A stretch of DNA of 63,850 nucleotides from Octopus bimaculoides (Eukaryota): contig NC_069001.1 in the NCBI RefSeq assembly GCF_001194135.2, positions 37,577,308 to 37,641,157 of the forward strand, read 5' to 3'. The notes beneath the pieces were generated by a model. It did not search any database, was not told where the DNA came from, and was given only the letters and a program-made list of their open reading frames with translations. Positions 23,010 through 36,633 of the stretch are shown here, piece by piece. The first letter of the stretch is position 1. The number at the start of each line of letters is the position of its first letter. The position numbers and the translations under genes are program-made.

Positions 23010-26000
23010 GGAACAAATACGCAATAGAGGACAATAAAACATTCGGAGAGATAGACAATAAAAAGGCGGACAGGAAAACAACAATTAGAAGGAAAGGGAG
23101 AAAAAGTCGGGTCCTTCGTGGCCTTCTTTCCTCAGTCAAGTTACTATATGGTGGTTGTTCTTTGCAAAGCTTGACCTCTTCTTGTCCCTATAATTGCTCT
23201 TTCCTAGCGTGAGATCTTAAATGACTTTCGAGCCCGAATATCAACAGATATCAGGGTCAAATAAACAAAATTCTGTTGAACTGAAATTTCAGATATCGAA
23301 AGGAAGGAAAGATGGCGTGAGTGAGAAGATAGTGATGCAAGAGAGATAATTGCGTCATCCACGACTAATTTGCTCTTGAGAAAATAAATAAATTCGAAAT
23401 AAAAATAAAAAATTAAAACGGCTCTCTATGGGTACGAAAGGCCTCCATCAACCATATCTGACTATGTCTCTCTCTATATATATACACACACACACACATA
23501 TATATATAAATGTATATACACACAGGATTGAAAAGGCTGCCAATCACTCTGAGAGTGTAACGGGTGCTGGAGTAAATCCAAATATCTTAGATGTCACTGC
23601 ATGTACAAACTAATTAATTTTAAATAAGCACTGATAATCTTTGATAATTACCTTAGTTTTTCTGTTGAACTGTGCCCCACAGTTTTCCTGGATGATGTTG
23701 TATGGAAAATAGATATCTAACAAGTAGACGTCAGATCTCGTTTCTAGAAGCAAGCGGTCTTCTCCAATATTGAGAATCAATGATGTAGCAATTTTCTGTG
23801 AAAGGGGAAAGTGAACAGAGAAAGAAAAATGGTTTTTATATGGAAATTCAGACGAGAAAAAAAGAATTTGATACATAAAGGCACAAAGAGAACAGACATT
23901 GTAACAGTAAGGATGATAATGATCAGTGTAGTTGGTATTGTGTAGCCCCAGGATAGTCCAGGATCTGGCAGTGTTTCTACAGCTGGATGCCCTTCCTAAC
24001 GCCAACCACTCCGAGAATGTAGTGGGTGCTTTTATTACGTGCCACCAGTACAGGGGCCAGAGGGGGCTGGCACAAAGTAAATCGCTGGTCTGGGACTTAT
24101 ATGGAAACGGAGTGAAGCCAATGCATACATTATGTATGAGCAATCAATAACATTTAGGTAGGGCGTCCGGCCACAGAAGCCAAGCCAAATCAGACTGGAA
24201 CCTGGTGCAGCTTTCTGGTTTACCAGTTCCAGTCAAACTGTCCAACCCATGCCAGCATGGAAAGCGGATAATGATGATGATATATATATAGACACACACA
24301 GAGTGAGAGGCTGTCTGTAGTTTGAGTTTTATTTTTTTAACCTTAAGCTTTTATTTGGAGTTGCTGATTTCCTATATGGGTTGCCCTTGCTACAGCATAC
24401 AGAGGCCTCAGTGTAGTGATTAGCATGAGGGGAGGGCCTGGTGAAGGAGGGGCATTGGATATAACAAAGGTAATGGGAGGTGGAGAAGTGAAAGGGAAGG
24501 AGTGCCTAAGTGGAAAGGAGGGGAGTGACCCCAGCCAGCTTCAAGGAGCAACAGTGATTATAGCAGCAGAGGGGAGACAGAACAGCTGTCAGTCAGAGGA
24601 TGGAAGTGTGTCAGTGAATTAGAATTTCTAACTGTTACATGTACAGTAGAAATGGTTAATTTTCACAACCTCCTCAAGAAACAGAGAAAATATATAGCAG
24701 AGACATTTATCCAAAATAAGTTTTATCTGCCATGGAAAGCAAGTCTTTGGTGAGGGAATATCAAAAACGTATAAAAGAAGTGCAAAACAGAAATTTACTT
24801 ACAATTTTGGGAAGGTTTATTTCTGCTACCATAAATTCTGGATGTCCCTGGGCAGGGTCTTTCAGCAATTTATACAATGGCTTTTCTCCACTGTTAAACA
24901 TAAAACAACACATGACTTATCAATAACTCAGATAAGAGTTGTTAACAAGAACAATAATGATAATCATCATCATCATCATCGTTTAACGTCCGCTTTCCAT
25001 GCTTTCCAACCACATGGTTCTGAGTTCAGTCCCACAGAACCATGTGGTTGGGAAGTAAGCTTTTTAATCACACAACCACACCTGTACCTGTTATTATATC
25101 ATTTTAGAATTATATAAAGTATGAAAACACATACGTATGCTGCACTGCATGGCTGGATATTTCTTTGATCAGTGGAGTAGATGGTGCTGCAGGCTGTGGA
25201 CTGGATTTTGACCCTACGTTACTGTAAGAAACCAAAGACAAATGGTTATTAAATTGCTGTTGCTAATGACTCCCTGGTTGTCATATAAAACGCTTGGTGG
25301 GGTTACTTCCAGCTCTTTAAGTTCTGAGTTCAAATTTTGCTAAAGTCAACCTTTGCCTTTCATCCATTTGAAATCAATAAAATAGATACTAATTGAGCCC
25401 TTGGGTTCAAGTAACTGCCTTGGCCCCTTCCTCGAAAGTACCCTGAGTATTTTATTTAACTACCATTAGAAACACAAAGAGTGGAAATACATATTTTCCT
25501 TCCTTTTTTCCATTGCTCTATCATAATTGAAAATGAGAATGAGCAATGTTAACAGAAAAGATGTCACAAGATTAGTCTTCAGGAAGAGACATGGCTCAGT
25601 GGTTAGGATATCATTCAGCTCACAACTGTAAGGTCATGGGTTCGATTCCTGCTACTGCATTGTGTCCTTGAGCAAGACACTTTATTTTATGATGCTCCAG
25701 TTCACTCAGCTGGCAAAAATGAGTTGTACCTGTAATTCAAAAGGGACCAACTTTGCCACATTCTGTGTCATGCTGAATCTCCCTGAGGACTACATTAACG
25801 GTACACAAGTCTGTGGAGTACTCAGCCACTTGCACATTAATTTCACAAACAGACTGTGCCATTGATTGAACCAACTGGAACCCTCATCATTGTAACTGAC
25901 AGAGTGCCAGTTACTAGGAAATGGTTTAACTCTCTCAGACCTCAAGATTTATTTTGCACTTTCAGTTTTCCTGAAAGAAGAAAAGGTTACTTACTCAAAG

Positions 26001-29000
26001 ACTTCACTAATCAAGGATTTTGATTTGTTGCGAATGTTCTGTGGTGCTATACTTCCCATGAACTTCTTGTTCTTCAATATCACCCAAGAGTCTGGTAAAA
26101 ATGAACAAATGGAATAAAGAAAGACAAGATGACAGCAACAGGTAGCAACAGCACCATGCCCTACCTCAATGAAAATTCACATATCAACCTCTCTCAATAT
26201 ACAAACATATCTTATTTTAACAAATTTTATAAACTGTTTTAAGCTCTCTACCTGTTCATTGATAACAACAACAATAACAGTCAATTAACTGGAGTCAAGG
26301 CAACTCATCTACGATAGTGGCCACTCCAAAATAACCATCTTTCTCTCTTCTTTTCCCTGTCTGCTGCTCTTCATCCCTTCCTCTGCTGTCAGTCATCACC
26401 TACTTTCCCCAGCTCATATGTATTATCAATTACCCCTTCATCCTTGCCTACCATTCATCACATCCACTCCCAAACCCAACCCAAGATTTACAGTCACCCC
26501 CTACCCTTCATATCTTCCCTCTCATCTATATTTACCATTCCTCAAAACAGGTTCTTCGTCCATTGAAATCACTCTATCACCATATACTCTGAGGGTTCAC
26601 CATGATACTTCACCATTTTTATCCCTATCCAGCTCCAACCTCATCATTCTCATCCTCTCTTCAATAATGTAGCTTTTACAGCAAGTATAAAAAAGCCAAA
26701 TGAAACTCATGGTTTACTCACTTCGTTTTAGCTTCATTTTGTATTTTTCCTCCAAACCTTCCATAGATATTGATATCATAAATACTCGGAACAACTCATT
26801 CTTCTGGATCTTTTCGAAAAACTTTGGATTGATGACAACATCATAGACTGTACAGGCTTGGCCACCTAGGGTGGATAAAAACATCATTTAAACTGTATTC
26901 AAACTCGATCAGATTATTGATGGGAATGGCAGGAAGTGGAACAATTCAAAAATATGATTATTATTATAATTATTAAGGCGGCGAGCTTGCAGAATTGTTA
27001 GCACACCAGACAAAATGCTTAGCAGCATTTCATCCATCTTGACGTTCTGAGTTCAAATTTCACCGAGGTCAACTCTGCCTTTCATTCTTTTGGGATCAAT
27101 AAAATAAGTACCAGTTGAACACTGGGGTCGATGTAATTGACTCATCCCCATCTCCTGAATCTGCCCCTGTGGCAAAATTTTGAAATAATTCTTATCATTA
27201 TTATTGATTTTTTTTATTGCCCACAGGGGGCTAAACATAAAGGGAACAAACAAGGACAGACAAAGGTATTAAGTCAATTACATCGACCCCATTGCATAAC
27301 TGGTACTTATTTAATCGACCCTGAAAAGATAAAAGCAAAGTCGACGATGTTGTGCTCCAGTATGGCCACATTACAATGATTGAAATTAGTAAAAGAATAG
27401 ATAAAACAAACAGAAATAAATAAAAACAAGAGCTAAAATTACTTTTATCAAGTTCTGGGTGAGATTCTCCGAGACTCATCGGAATTCGGTAATCAGTTGG
27501 AACTTCAGAATCCAGCAGTTCCATTAATTTCTCGTCAGATATTTCCTCGGGTTTTGGAACCTGAAACATCAACAGAAAAATGTTGCTGTTATTCTTGTTC
27601 TTGATATCGCTGTTTAGCCCTGGGTCAGAACTGATGGAACAGACCGATCACCCAAGGTGTTCTGGTTCTGATCAACCAGTCATTTTCTGAGGCTCAGAAT
27701 CCCCACCCCCACCCCCCTCACCGGAACAATAACAACAAGGAAGGACACATAAGATAATGTAGTCCTAGATACACCATGTCGTAAAAAAAAAAAGACACAA
27801 AGGTCACAGATAGAACATTGTAGATCATAAATCTGCTGGATCAAGGCTGACCTGGGGTTAAAAGCAACAATAACAAAGTACATTAGATAATGTACTCCTA
27901 GATGCACAACATCAATAAAAGACAAGATGGTTGCAGCAGGAACATCTTTGATCATAGGCCTGTAGAACCAGGAACGACCTAGGGTTAAATGGTAACAAGG
28001 AGGAACATTAGATAATATAGTGCTCGATGCACTTTGTTTGAATACATAATGGTGGTCACAGCTGGACTGTCTTTGATTATATATTCGCTGAATCAAGCCT
28101 GAGACCCAGCATTAAACATCAACAATAATTTAATTAATCTCCAAATTAAACATCAACATTAAATTAATTAATCTCCAAATATACGTACATTGTCAGCTTG
28201 ACAAATATTAATGAAGACTTTTTTATTTTCTTCATCTTTCACTTTGATGCAGAAACCTGAAAGTTAAAAAATGAAACCATCAGAACATACAATAAACACA
28301 TTAATATCATAAGCAAACACACAAATACGTATTGGTTTTAAATTGTAGCCCATGCCCAGCAATTTAGGGGGTAGGATTAAGTCGATTACATCAACTCCAG
28401 TGCTCGGATGTTCAAGTTCAACTGGTATTTATTTCATCGACCCCCCCCCCCCACCAAAGGGACGAATGGCAAAGTCAACCGTTACTTATTTTATTGACTC
28501 CAAAAGGATGAAAGGAAGAGTTTTGGTACTCAAGTTCAACCCCAGAGCTCTGGTATTCTGAGTTCAACTGGTACTTATTTTATCAATTCCAAAAGGATAA
28601 ACGGCAAAGCTGACTTCGGCAAAATTTGAACTCAGATCATAAAAACAGACAAAATGCTGCTTAGCATTTTGAACAGTGTCATAACAATTCTGCCAGCCAT
28701 ATTATAAATGCATAAACACAATAATACATATATCATCATCATAACCATCATTGTTTAATGTCCGTTTTCCATGCTGGCATGGGTTGGAAGGTTTGACTGA
28801 AGTCTAGAGAGCCAGTCGCTGTACCAGGTTCCAATCTGATCTGGCAATGTTTCTACAGCTGGATGCCCTTCCTAACCACTAAGCCATGCACCTTCACATT
28901 TCATTCCATAGTTAAAGTGTTACATATATATTAGACCATCACAGAATATACTATAACAGATAATTAATGATTTCTAATATAGACAGTACTCGTCTGGGTG

Positions 29001-30471
29001 GATCTAAATGTAGGATTTCACAGCTGAGTAAAGAGGACCATCTTTAGTTAATGCAAGGCTTACATATAAATACAGGGCCCAGTAACCCTTGAGTAAAGGA
29101 CCAGCTTATATCTAAATAAGGAGTACACCTCAATATTTATATTTGAGTAAAGGGAAAAATCTGAATAAAAGTGACAGACTTTGACTTGTGTAAAAAGGTC
29201 CACTTACCAGGTTTGGGTGTAACTTGTAAAAACGTGGCAGGTTTGAACATATCTGATGATTCTGGTTCATGCTGAAGCTGTGTTTAGTAAATATAGAAAA
29301 TGGAAGGTTCTGGGTGAGTTTTGAAGAATTAATTGGAAGAGAATATAATCATTTTAACATAGATCTTTCACCCTCGTACCTTAATTCTTTATTTTACTTA
29401 ATAAAAATTAAATGGCTTTCAGATTTCAATGTCAGAGATTCAGAATCTGCAAATTTCTTTTAATTCGAAAAAAAAGTTTTTAAAATTATTTTTTGGTTAG
29501 AAACCGATTTAGGTCAGGATTTATCGCTGCAGTATTTTGTATGTGTGTGCGTGTGTGTAAATATTTCTTTTGCTCTCGTACATCACTACCCATTCCCTTT
29601 CCCTGTGGCATGGTATTTTGAGGGCTAGTCGCTATTTCAAAATTACCCCAAAATTAGGTTGTTTTGTTTAAAAAATGGGGGTGTATGTGAAAATTTTACT
29701 TTTATACACTCAATTCGCTTTAAAGGTGATATGTATGATTTTTCGGTAGTTTTCGATGTGTTTTCGACGAATCTGACCATCAAAACAATCGGAAATCAGT
29801 CGTTCTTTAGATAAACCCGCCTTGCAGGTGAAACGGATGTTAAAGTAAAAATTTACCATCTATCCAGCTACCTTCTCCGCCAACTAGTCCTGGGAAGGTT
29901 ATGGAGGTAGAGAAGCAACGGTCATTAGACTTTCCGGCTGGATTCCCAAGCATGAGACTATGGATATTATCTGACCATCTCGTTCTTGGTGGTCTATCCT
30001 TAGGTCTCCTACCGGATGGCTCAGCTTGAAGAATCTGTCTTGCGATTCTTTCATGCGACATTCTAACCACATGTCTGTAGCACCGGAGCTGTGACCTCTC
30101 AATGCGGAGAGGCAGCGGTTCGACCAGGAGAGATTTCTTGATCTCCGAGCTACGCAGAGTAACGTTACTCCAGAGATCCAACGACGGAACACCAGGATAA
30201 TAATATTAAATCTGATGAATCGTCACAGAACAAAGAAAACAGTTGCAATTTGGTAGAATCATGTTCAGAGTTACACCACAAACAAACAAACAAGATGTGA
30301 AAATACAATAACACGGACACTTCGCCCATTATTCCTCCTTCCTATTTGACCCTTAGTCTCTAAAAAAACAATATCTGTGAAAACATGGTCAATATTTACG
30401 CTGTCCAGGAAGAGTTTTTCATAGTCCAGCTCATTTGATTCAATATCTAATAAGGATGAATCAACAGACAT
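22704..30471 (-). CDS. PIH1D1: PIH1 domain-containing protein 1 (R2TP co-chaperone subunit), complete, 312 aa
   Basis: Exons (minus): 30471-30400, 29277-29208, 28256-28189, 27560-27443, 26865-26722, 26091-25995, 25221-25135, 24890-24803, 23795-23652, 22754-22704; 939 nt, all GT-AG, in phase. Motifs: PKPGFCIK...KKVFINIC, YRIPMSLGESHPELDK, CTVYDVVIN, EGLEEKY, LKNKKFMGSI, C-terminal CS-like LNIGEDRL...YLLDIYFPY...AQFNRKTKLLTVTMPV. Lysines equivalent to human K57/K64 (phosphopeptide binding) are present; the R168 position is Lys. Confidence 0.95.
25588..25910 (+). mobile_element. tRNA-derived SINE (family A)
   Basis: TGGCTCAGTGGTTAGG ... GGTTCGATTCCT head; body homologous to 488-864. Confidence 0.8.
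26977..27187 (+). mobile_element. Most abundant SINE-like family in the window (family B), representative copy
   Basis: Recurrent core GTTCTGAGTTCAAATT...GACTTTGCCTTTCATCC...AAGTACCAGTT...CTGGGGTCGAT...AAAATTTGAAAC. Other copies or fragments at about 2205-2350, 6690-6870, 10760-10890, 27270-27345, 28340-28690, 34030-34270, 49100-49430, 52620-52765, 52930-53147, 59760-59965, 60205-60505, 60625-60812. Confidence 0.8.
29815..30200 (-). mobile_element. RTE-clade LINE 3' ORF fragment in PIH1D1 intron 1
   Basis: FRRWISGVTL...LRIERSQLRCYRHVVRMSHERIARQIL..EPSGRRPKDRPPRTRWSD matches the RTE post-RT motif (RLRWFGHV.RM...R......GRP..RW.D); frameshifted. Confidence 0.8.
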
Positions 30472-32511
30472 GTTGTTTCAGTTTGGCTTGGAGACCAGCA
30501 CTTCCCGTTGAGCATGCGCATTCATCTATTAATGTTTCCCCTGCTAACATTATATCTATCTATCTATCTATTCTCCCCACCCCCCCTTTCTAGTTACTCT
30601 TGCTAACATGCATACTGTAATGAACCAAAATGTCTTAATAAATCTCCACCAAATTACATTCGATTTTTTAATTAAAATTCATTAATTAACATAGATAGAT
30701 AGACAGACATACAGATAAATAGATAGATAGATAAAGAGATAGATAGACAGACAGACAGACACACACACACACACATACATACATACATACATACATACAT
30801 ACATACACACACACATACATACATGCATACATACATACATACATACATACATACATACATACAGACATATGAAAGGCACCACACTCTGTAAAGAGGTTGA
30901 TGATAGGAAGGGCATCCAGCCATAGAAACCATACTGCAATAGACATTTGGAGTGTGGGCAGCTCTTTGGATGGCCAGCTCCTTGTCAAACTGCCCAACCC
31001 ATGCCGGTATAGAGAACAGATGTTAAATGATGATGATGATGATGATGGTGATGATGAAGAATTCTCTTGTCATACACAAATATCAGCACAAGGAATACTG
31101 GTGGAACATTGCTATCAAAACATCTGTCAAGTGTAAGCATAACAGGTTGGACGTTGTTGTTTGGGACAGACATGAAAAAGTATGAACCATCACAGAGGTC
31201 AGCTGACCTGCTGATGTGAATATCTCTTTGAAAACCAAAGAGAAAGGAAATAACTGCGAATATCTGCTTCAAAATCTCCAGTTTGTACATCAAGATTACA
31301 AATTTACATTTGTACCAATAATAATTGGAAAACTTGGTTTTGTAAGTAAATGCCTGTCAGTTTGGATAAGCTTGGAATTTCAGAAAAAGAAATCAACCAA
31401 CTGATTCGCACATTACAAATACAGTTTGTAAGCGGAACAGTAAAATTATGCAAGACTTTTCTCAGGTTTAAAATGTGACATTGTTTTGTTATCTACATTT
31501 CAAAGATGGAGATTTGTATCTTTGTTAGAAGCCAGCTCCTACATCAAAGGAAGAATTTATATCTATATATATATATATATTGCCAACTTAGTAGAAATGC
31601 TTCACTAAGGAGTTCCAATAAGGTCGAAACATGCTAGTCGCACCTCAACCACCACCACCACCACCACCACCACCACCAAAACCACCACTCTGAAGAATGC
31701 AGTCACTGACTTACAAAACGACGGGATGGACACGACTGGAGTGTCATTGATCATTGGTGTCTGCTTCATCCAAGCTAAAGACTTAGTTATCAATTGGCGT
31801 ATTAAGAATGGCAACCAAATCTCCCTCAAGTCACATTCTACTGTCATAAACTAGGAAGAACACACGGGATAGCATAGTCCCAGATATACTGTGGCGGAAA
31901 AATCTATCGAGATGGTCACGATTGGAACACCATTAATCAAGGCTGCTCTAATCGTGCTCTACTTTGGGCTAAACAACTTAGCAACACCAACTCCACCACC
32001 ATCATCATCATTTCAAGAAAGACGTCAACATCACCCTCATCACTACAACCATTACTTCAAAGAAGGTACCACCGCCGCCGCCTCCTTAACTGCCGTTACT
32101 ACCTGCACCATCACTACTACTACTACTATTATCAACAACAACGCGTCCACCGCCATCACCACTCCAACAAGAATTCCACCACCACCACCACTCCCACAAG
32201 AATTCCATCACCACCACCATCACATGATCACCAGTGTAGATGATAAATCTTTCTCCCCCACCTCTTCTACTCAGTCGTTTGTTATCCTCAGTGGGGAAAG
32301 GAGTGGAGACAAAATAACAAGTGTTTTCGCGCAAACTCACGAGGTTGAGGAAACTAACCTTGTGCTTATACACACACATATATATATATACATATATATA
32401 GTTGTTGAGTATATAAACATATATAAGTATATATATATACAAATATATGTTTATATTAACTTTTATTTGTCTCAATATACTTAATTAGTTCTGTAGTTGC
32501 TTATAATAATC
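30472..32511. promoter_or_regulatory. Probable bidirectional promoter / 5' UTR interval between PIH1D1 and ALDH16
   Basis: The ATGs at 30471 (-) and 32512 (+) diverge. A CpG-bearing island with CACTTCCCG and GCATGCGCA lies at about 30499-30520. An acceptor-like ttctgtag at about 32489-32496 just before the ALDH16 ATG suggests an upstream non-coding exon. Start sites are not determinable from sequence. Confidence 0.55.
31090..31478 (+). mobile_element. Decayed LINE C-terminus with restriction-like endonuclease (R2/R4/NeSL group)
   Basis: KEYWWNIAIKTSVKCKHNRLDVVVWDRHEKV*TITEVS*PADVNISLKTKEK...FVPIIIGKLG...LDKLGISEKEINQLIRTLQ...GTVKLCKTFL matches the HNRPDIVV...IIEVSCP...K..EK..Y..L...VPIVIGALG pattern; it has stops and a frameshift. 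Confidence 0.7.
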
Positions 32512-35500
32512 ATGTCGTCCCAAAGCAGTTCTCTGTTCCAAACCCAAACCATTTTCGACTCCCTCAGCTATGGTCCCGCTCCAGAAGCCGATACCATCGT
32601 CCAGGTAATAATCAAATAGTTATTCTACATTTTTGATCTTTCTTCTTTGTCATTTTACAGTGTTTTGACTCAGTTTTACGAAGCTAGATTTGCGTTAATC
32701 ATTCAATCGATCACTTAATCAGACATTTATTCGACTTAAAAAATGTTTTCGAATACTCTGACAAATGCATAAACTTGTATTAAATATGTAATAACTTTCT
32801 TTCTTCGTAAACTTTTTAAAAAGTTCGAGTGTTGTTTAAACTCCAGGTTAGTTTCTGATTGAGTCAACCTATGAGATGAACAAAGACGTTCCAGACTCGA
32901 CCAACCCGTTTTATATATATATATATATNNNNNNNNNNNNNNNNNNNNNNNNNNNNNNNNNNNNNNNNNNNNNNNNNNNNNNNNNNNNNNNNNNNNNNNN
33001 NNNNNNNNNNNNNNCTTTATCAAACGTGTCTTTTTTCAAGCCGATACGATCCAAGGCTTTTGACTGCTATTTTTAATTAGCAGATCGACCTCTGAGAGGC
33101 TCTCGTGTATAAAGTTGTCAATTGCAAGTTAATTAATGTCAAAGTCCGTTTGAGCTTGATTTTGTTTAACCCCAGGTCAGTCCTGATCAAACAGACAGAC
33201 CTGTGATCAAAGTTATTCCAACCGTAACCACCTCGCCTGTTTTTGTTTTCTTTACCGTATCTACGACTACATCAACCAATATGTCGTTTCTTTCTTTCTG
33301 ACGACCTCGTAGAGGCTCCCTCGATGATTCGTCTCTCTTTGGGGCTAAAGTTGTGGTACAGTTTGGTACTGATGGTGGCTAACAGAATTGGTTGGGATGC
33401 TGGATAAAATTCATTGCTGACACTTCGGTCGTTTTTTACTTTCATTCATTCAGGTTCGATAAAACAAATATATATAGGGGGTTCAGTGTGTGTGGGACAT
33501 AGAATTTATATATATAAAAAAAAAACAAATGACGGTTCTTTACCAAGTGATCGTACCCCTTGTTTCCCTAAAACAGGGAGCAGACCGTTCAATATTGTTG
33601 CCCTAAATCGTTAACGGATCCTCGCTCTCCCCTGTTCTCTGGTGGAAATAAGCCTGACAAATAAATGCCCAACATCAAAATATTTGGGTGTATACATTTT
33701 GCCCCTTTACCCCTGTATGAAAATAGCAGCCGAATAATTCCCATTTCTTTTGCGAGGGCGTTAGACAAGTTTAAATCTTTAAAACCATCTTGATTTTTAT
33801 TTTAAACACAGCAGTTTGTTTACTGATTTTAAATTCTCTTAGCCCTCCATCTCCCACATGTTAGGTGGAGGCTGCCCCTTGTGAGAAACTCTGATGTATT
33901 CAATTACATACCCCTGGTTGCTCCTTCCCCCAAACTTTTTCGGGGTTAATGCTAGCATTAATAATTGTTTTCTAATCTAGACGTGAGGCCGGCAAAGAGG
34001 GTGTGTCAATGTCATTGATCCTGTAATTGACTGATACTTTATTTTATCGACTTCTGAAAGGATGGAATGCAAAGTTGACCACAGTGGAATTTGAACTCAG
34101 AACATAAAGACCCAGAAAAATACAATTTTATGGCGAAAAGTGCAAAATGCAAGCAACATTTCGTCTGTCTTTTAAGTTCTGAGTTAAAATTTCATCGAGG
34201 TCGTCTTTGCTTTTTATCCTTTCGAAGTCGATGTAATCGATTTGCCCCTCCTACCAAATTTTGGGCTATGATAGAAATAATTATTATGGCGAAATGAAAG
34301 TGAACGTTCGTGACCTAGTGAAAAATAGTTACCATTTTAGTTTATCGGTTTTGTTTTGGCCAAACCTCCCTTACATCACTCCACATTGTCTTAAAAGAAG
34401 AACGTAAGCTAATTTGCACCTAGGTATAGTATGTCTGAATAAAGGATGGGATGCATAAATGCATATAATGCATATAAACCGCTAGTTCGAGTGTTGTCAA
34501 GTAAAAAATCCCGTTCTATTGTTTGTAACAGGCTGTCGGAAATTACAATATCTGTCACACTTAATAACTCCATCAGGAAGTGTTTAATGTCATATTTTTG
34601 ATTTAATAAGAATTAACCCATTATATTCTCAAACAATCCCCACAGAAGTATAAAAGTTATTGATATAAAGAAATTGATTTGATCAGCCTTCGATGATCCG
34701 AAGTCTTTAACAAAAACAAATAACTCCGCTTTTACTTAATCCAGAACCTGTTGTTTTTACCGACGCTATTCTACATGCACGCCTTATGAAACATTTTCAT
34801 TCTTTTTGATTTTTTTTCATTATCTTTTTACTTGTTTCAGTGTGCTTATTATTATTATTATTTTTTTTTTTTTTTTTTTGTTAAAGTCTGGTGCTTTTGT
34901 CTATCGATGTCATTTGCCGAACCGCAGAATTATGTAAACTAGTCAATTGTCAAGCGACCCATCAAAAAACGGCAGATTCATTATAAATATTATCCTTATA
35001 AATTTTTATTCTTTTATTTTTTCATTCATTTGACTGCGGCCATGCTGGAACATCGCCTTTAGTCGAACAAATCGTCCCCAGCACTTATTCTTTCTAAGCG
35101 TAGTACTTCGTTCTGTTTTGCCGAACCGCTAAGTTACGTAGACGTAAACGCACCAACATCAGTTGGTGGGAGGACTAACACAGACACACAAACATATATA
35201 TATAGAATAAATCGATATATCGAATTTGAAGTCTCTGTCTCTTTTGAATATGAAAATTTAAAAGTTTAAAAATCTTATGATATAAATATAAACTGTGAGA
35301 ACGACCCTTAAGGAATCTAATTAATGATCTCCTAAGGTAAGTTCTTATGCTATATTGGTAACGGTTGCCACATCCTCTGGAAAAAAATTATTATATATAT
35401 ATATATATATATAAATCTATGCCTCAAAAAAAAAAAACCTATAAAAGTAGAATATTCCCTTTTCTTCTCTCTCTCACCATATAATAATAATAATAATAAT

Positions 35501-36601
35501 AATAATTGTCAAAACAGNNNNNNNNNNNNNNNNNNNNNNNNNNNNNNNNNNNNNNNNNNNNNNNNNNNNNNNNNNNNNNNNNNNNNNNNNNNNNNNNNNN
35601 NNNNNNNNNNNNNNNNNNNNNNNNNNNNNNNNNNNNNNNNNNNNNNNNNNNNNNNNNNNNNNNNNNNNNNNNNNNNNNNNNNNNNNNNNNNNNNNNNNNN
35701 NNNNNNNNNNNNNNNNNNNNNNNNNNNNNNNNNNNNNNNNNNNNNNNNNNNNNNNNNNNNNNNNNNNNNNNNNNNNNNNNNNNNNNNNNNNNNNNNNNNN
35801 NNNNNNNNNNNNNNNNNNNNNNNNNNNNNNNNNNNNNNNNNNNNNNNNNNNNNNNNNNNNNNNNNNNNNNNNNNNNNNNNNNNNNNNNNNNNNNNNNNNN
35901 NNNNNNNNNNNNNNNNNNNNNNNNNNNNNNNNNNNNNNNNNNNNNNNNNNNNNNNNNNNNNNNNNNNNNNNNNNNNNNNNNNNNNNNNNNNNNNNNNNNN
36001 NNNNNNNNNNNNNNNNNNNNNNNNNNNNNNNNNNNNNNNNNNNNNNNNNNNNNNNNNNNNNNNNNNNNNNNNNNNNNNNNNNNNNNNNNNNNNNNNNNNN
36101 NNNNNNNNNNNNNNNNNNNNNNNNNNNNNNNNNNNNNNNNNNNNNNNNNNNNNNNNNNNNNNNNNNNNNNNNNNNNNNNNNNNNNNNNNNNNNNNNNNNN
36201 NNNNNNNNNNNNNNNNNNNNNNNNNNNNNNNNNNNNNNNNNNNNNNNNNNNNNNNNNNNNNNNNNNNNNNNNNNNNNNNNNNNNNNNNNCCTATTATTGA
36301 ATTTATATATATATCATCATCATCGTTTAACGTCCACTTTCCATGCTAGCATGGGTTGGACGGTTTGACTGAGGACTGGTGAAACCGGATGGCAACACCA
36401 GGCTCCAATCTAATTTGGCAGAGTTTCTACAGCTGGATGCCCTTCCTAACGCCAACCACTCAGAGAGTGTAGTGGGTGCTTTTACGTGTCACCCGCACGA
36501 AAACAGCCACGCTCGAAATGGTGTCTTTTATGTGCCACCCGCACAAGCCAGTCCAGGGGCACTGGCAACGATCTCACTTGAAAATCCTACGGGAGCCAGT
36601 C

Positions 36602-36633
<32 letters not shown>

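Noticed and set aside
27750-28060. Three degenerate ~130-bp tandem units (ATAATGTA..CTAGAT core), superficially array-like
   Set aside because: The core recurs as a dispersed repeat (about 330-420, 7630-7750, 45850-46030). The repeats are not identical with unique spacers, and the genome is eukaryotic, so this is not CRISPR.
31891-32484. 197-aa ORF rich in His, Thr and Pro upstream of ALDH16
   Set aside because: It is translated (ACC/CAT/TAC)n microsatellite with no domain, and it does not start with ATG.
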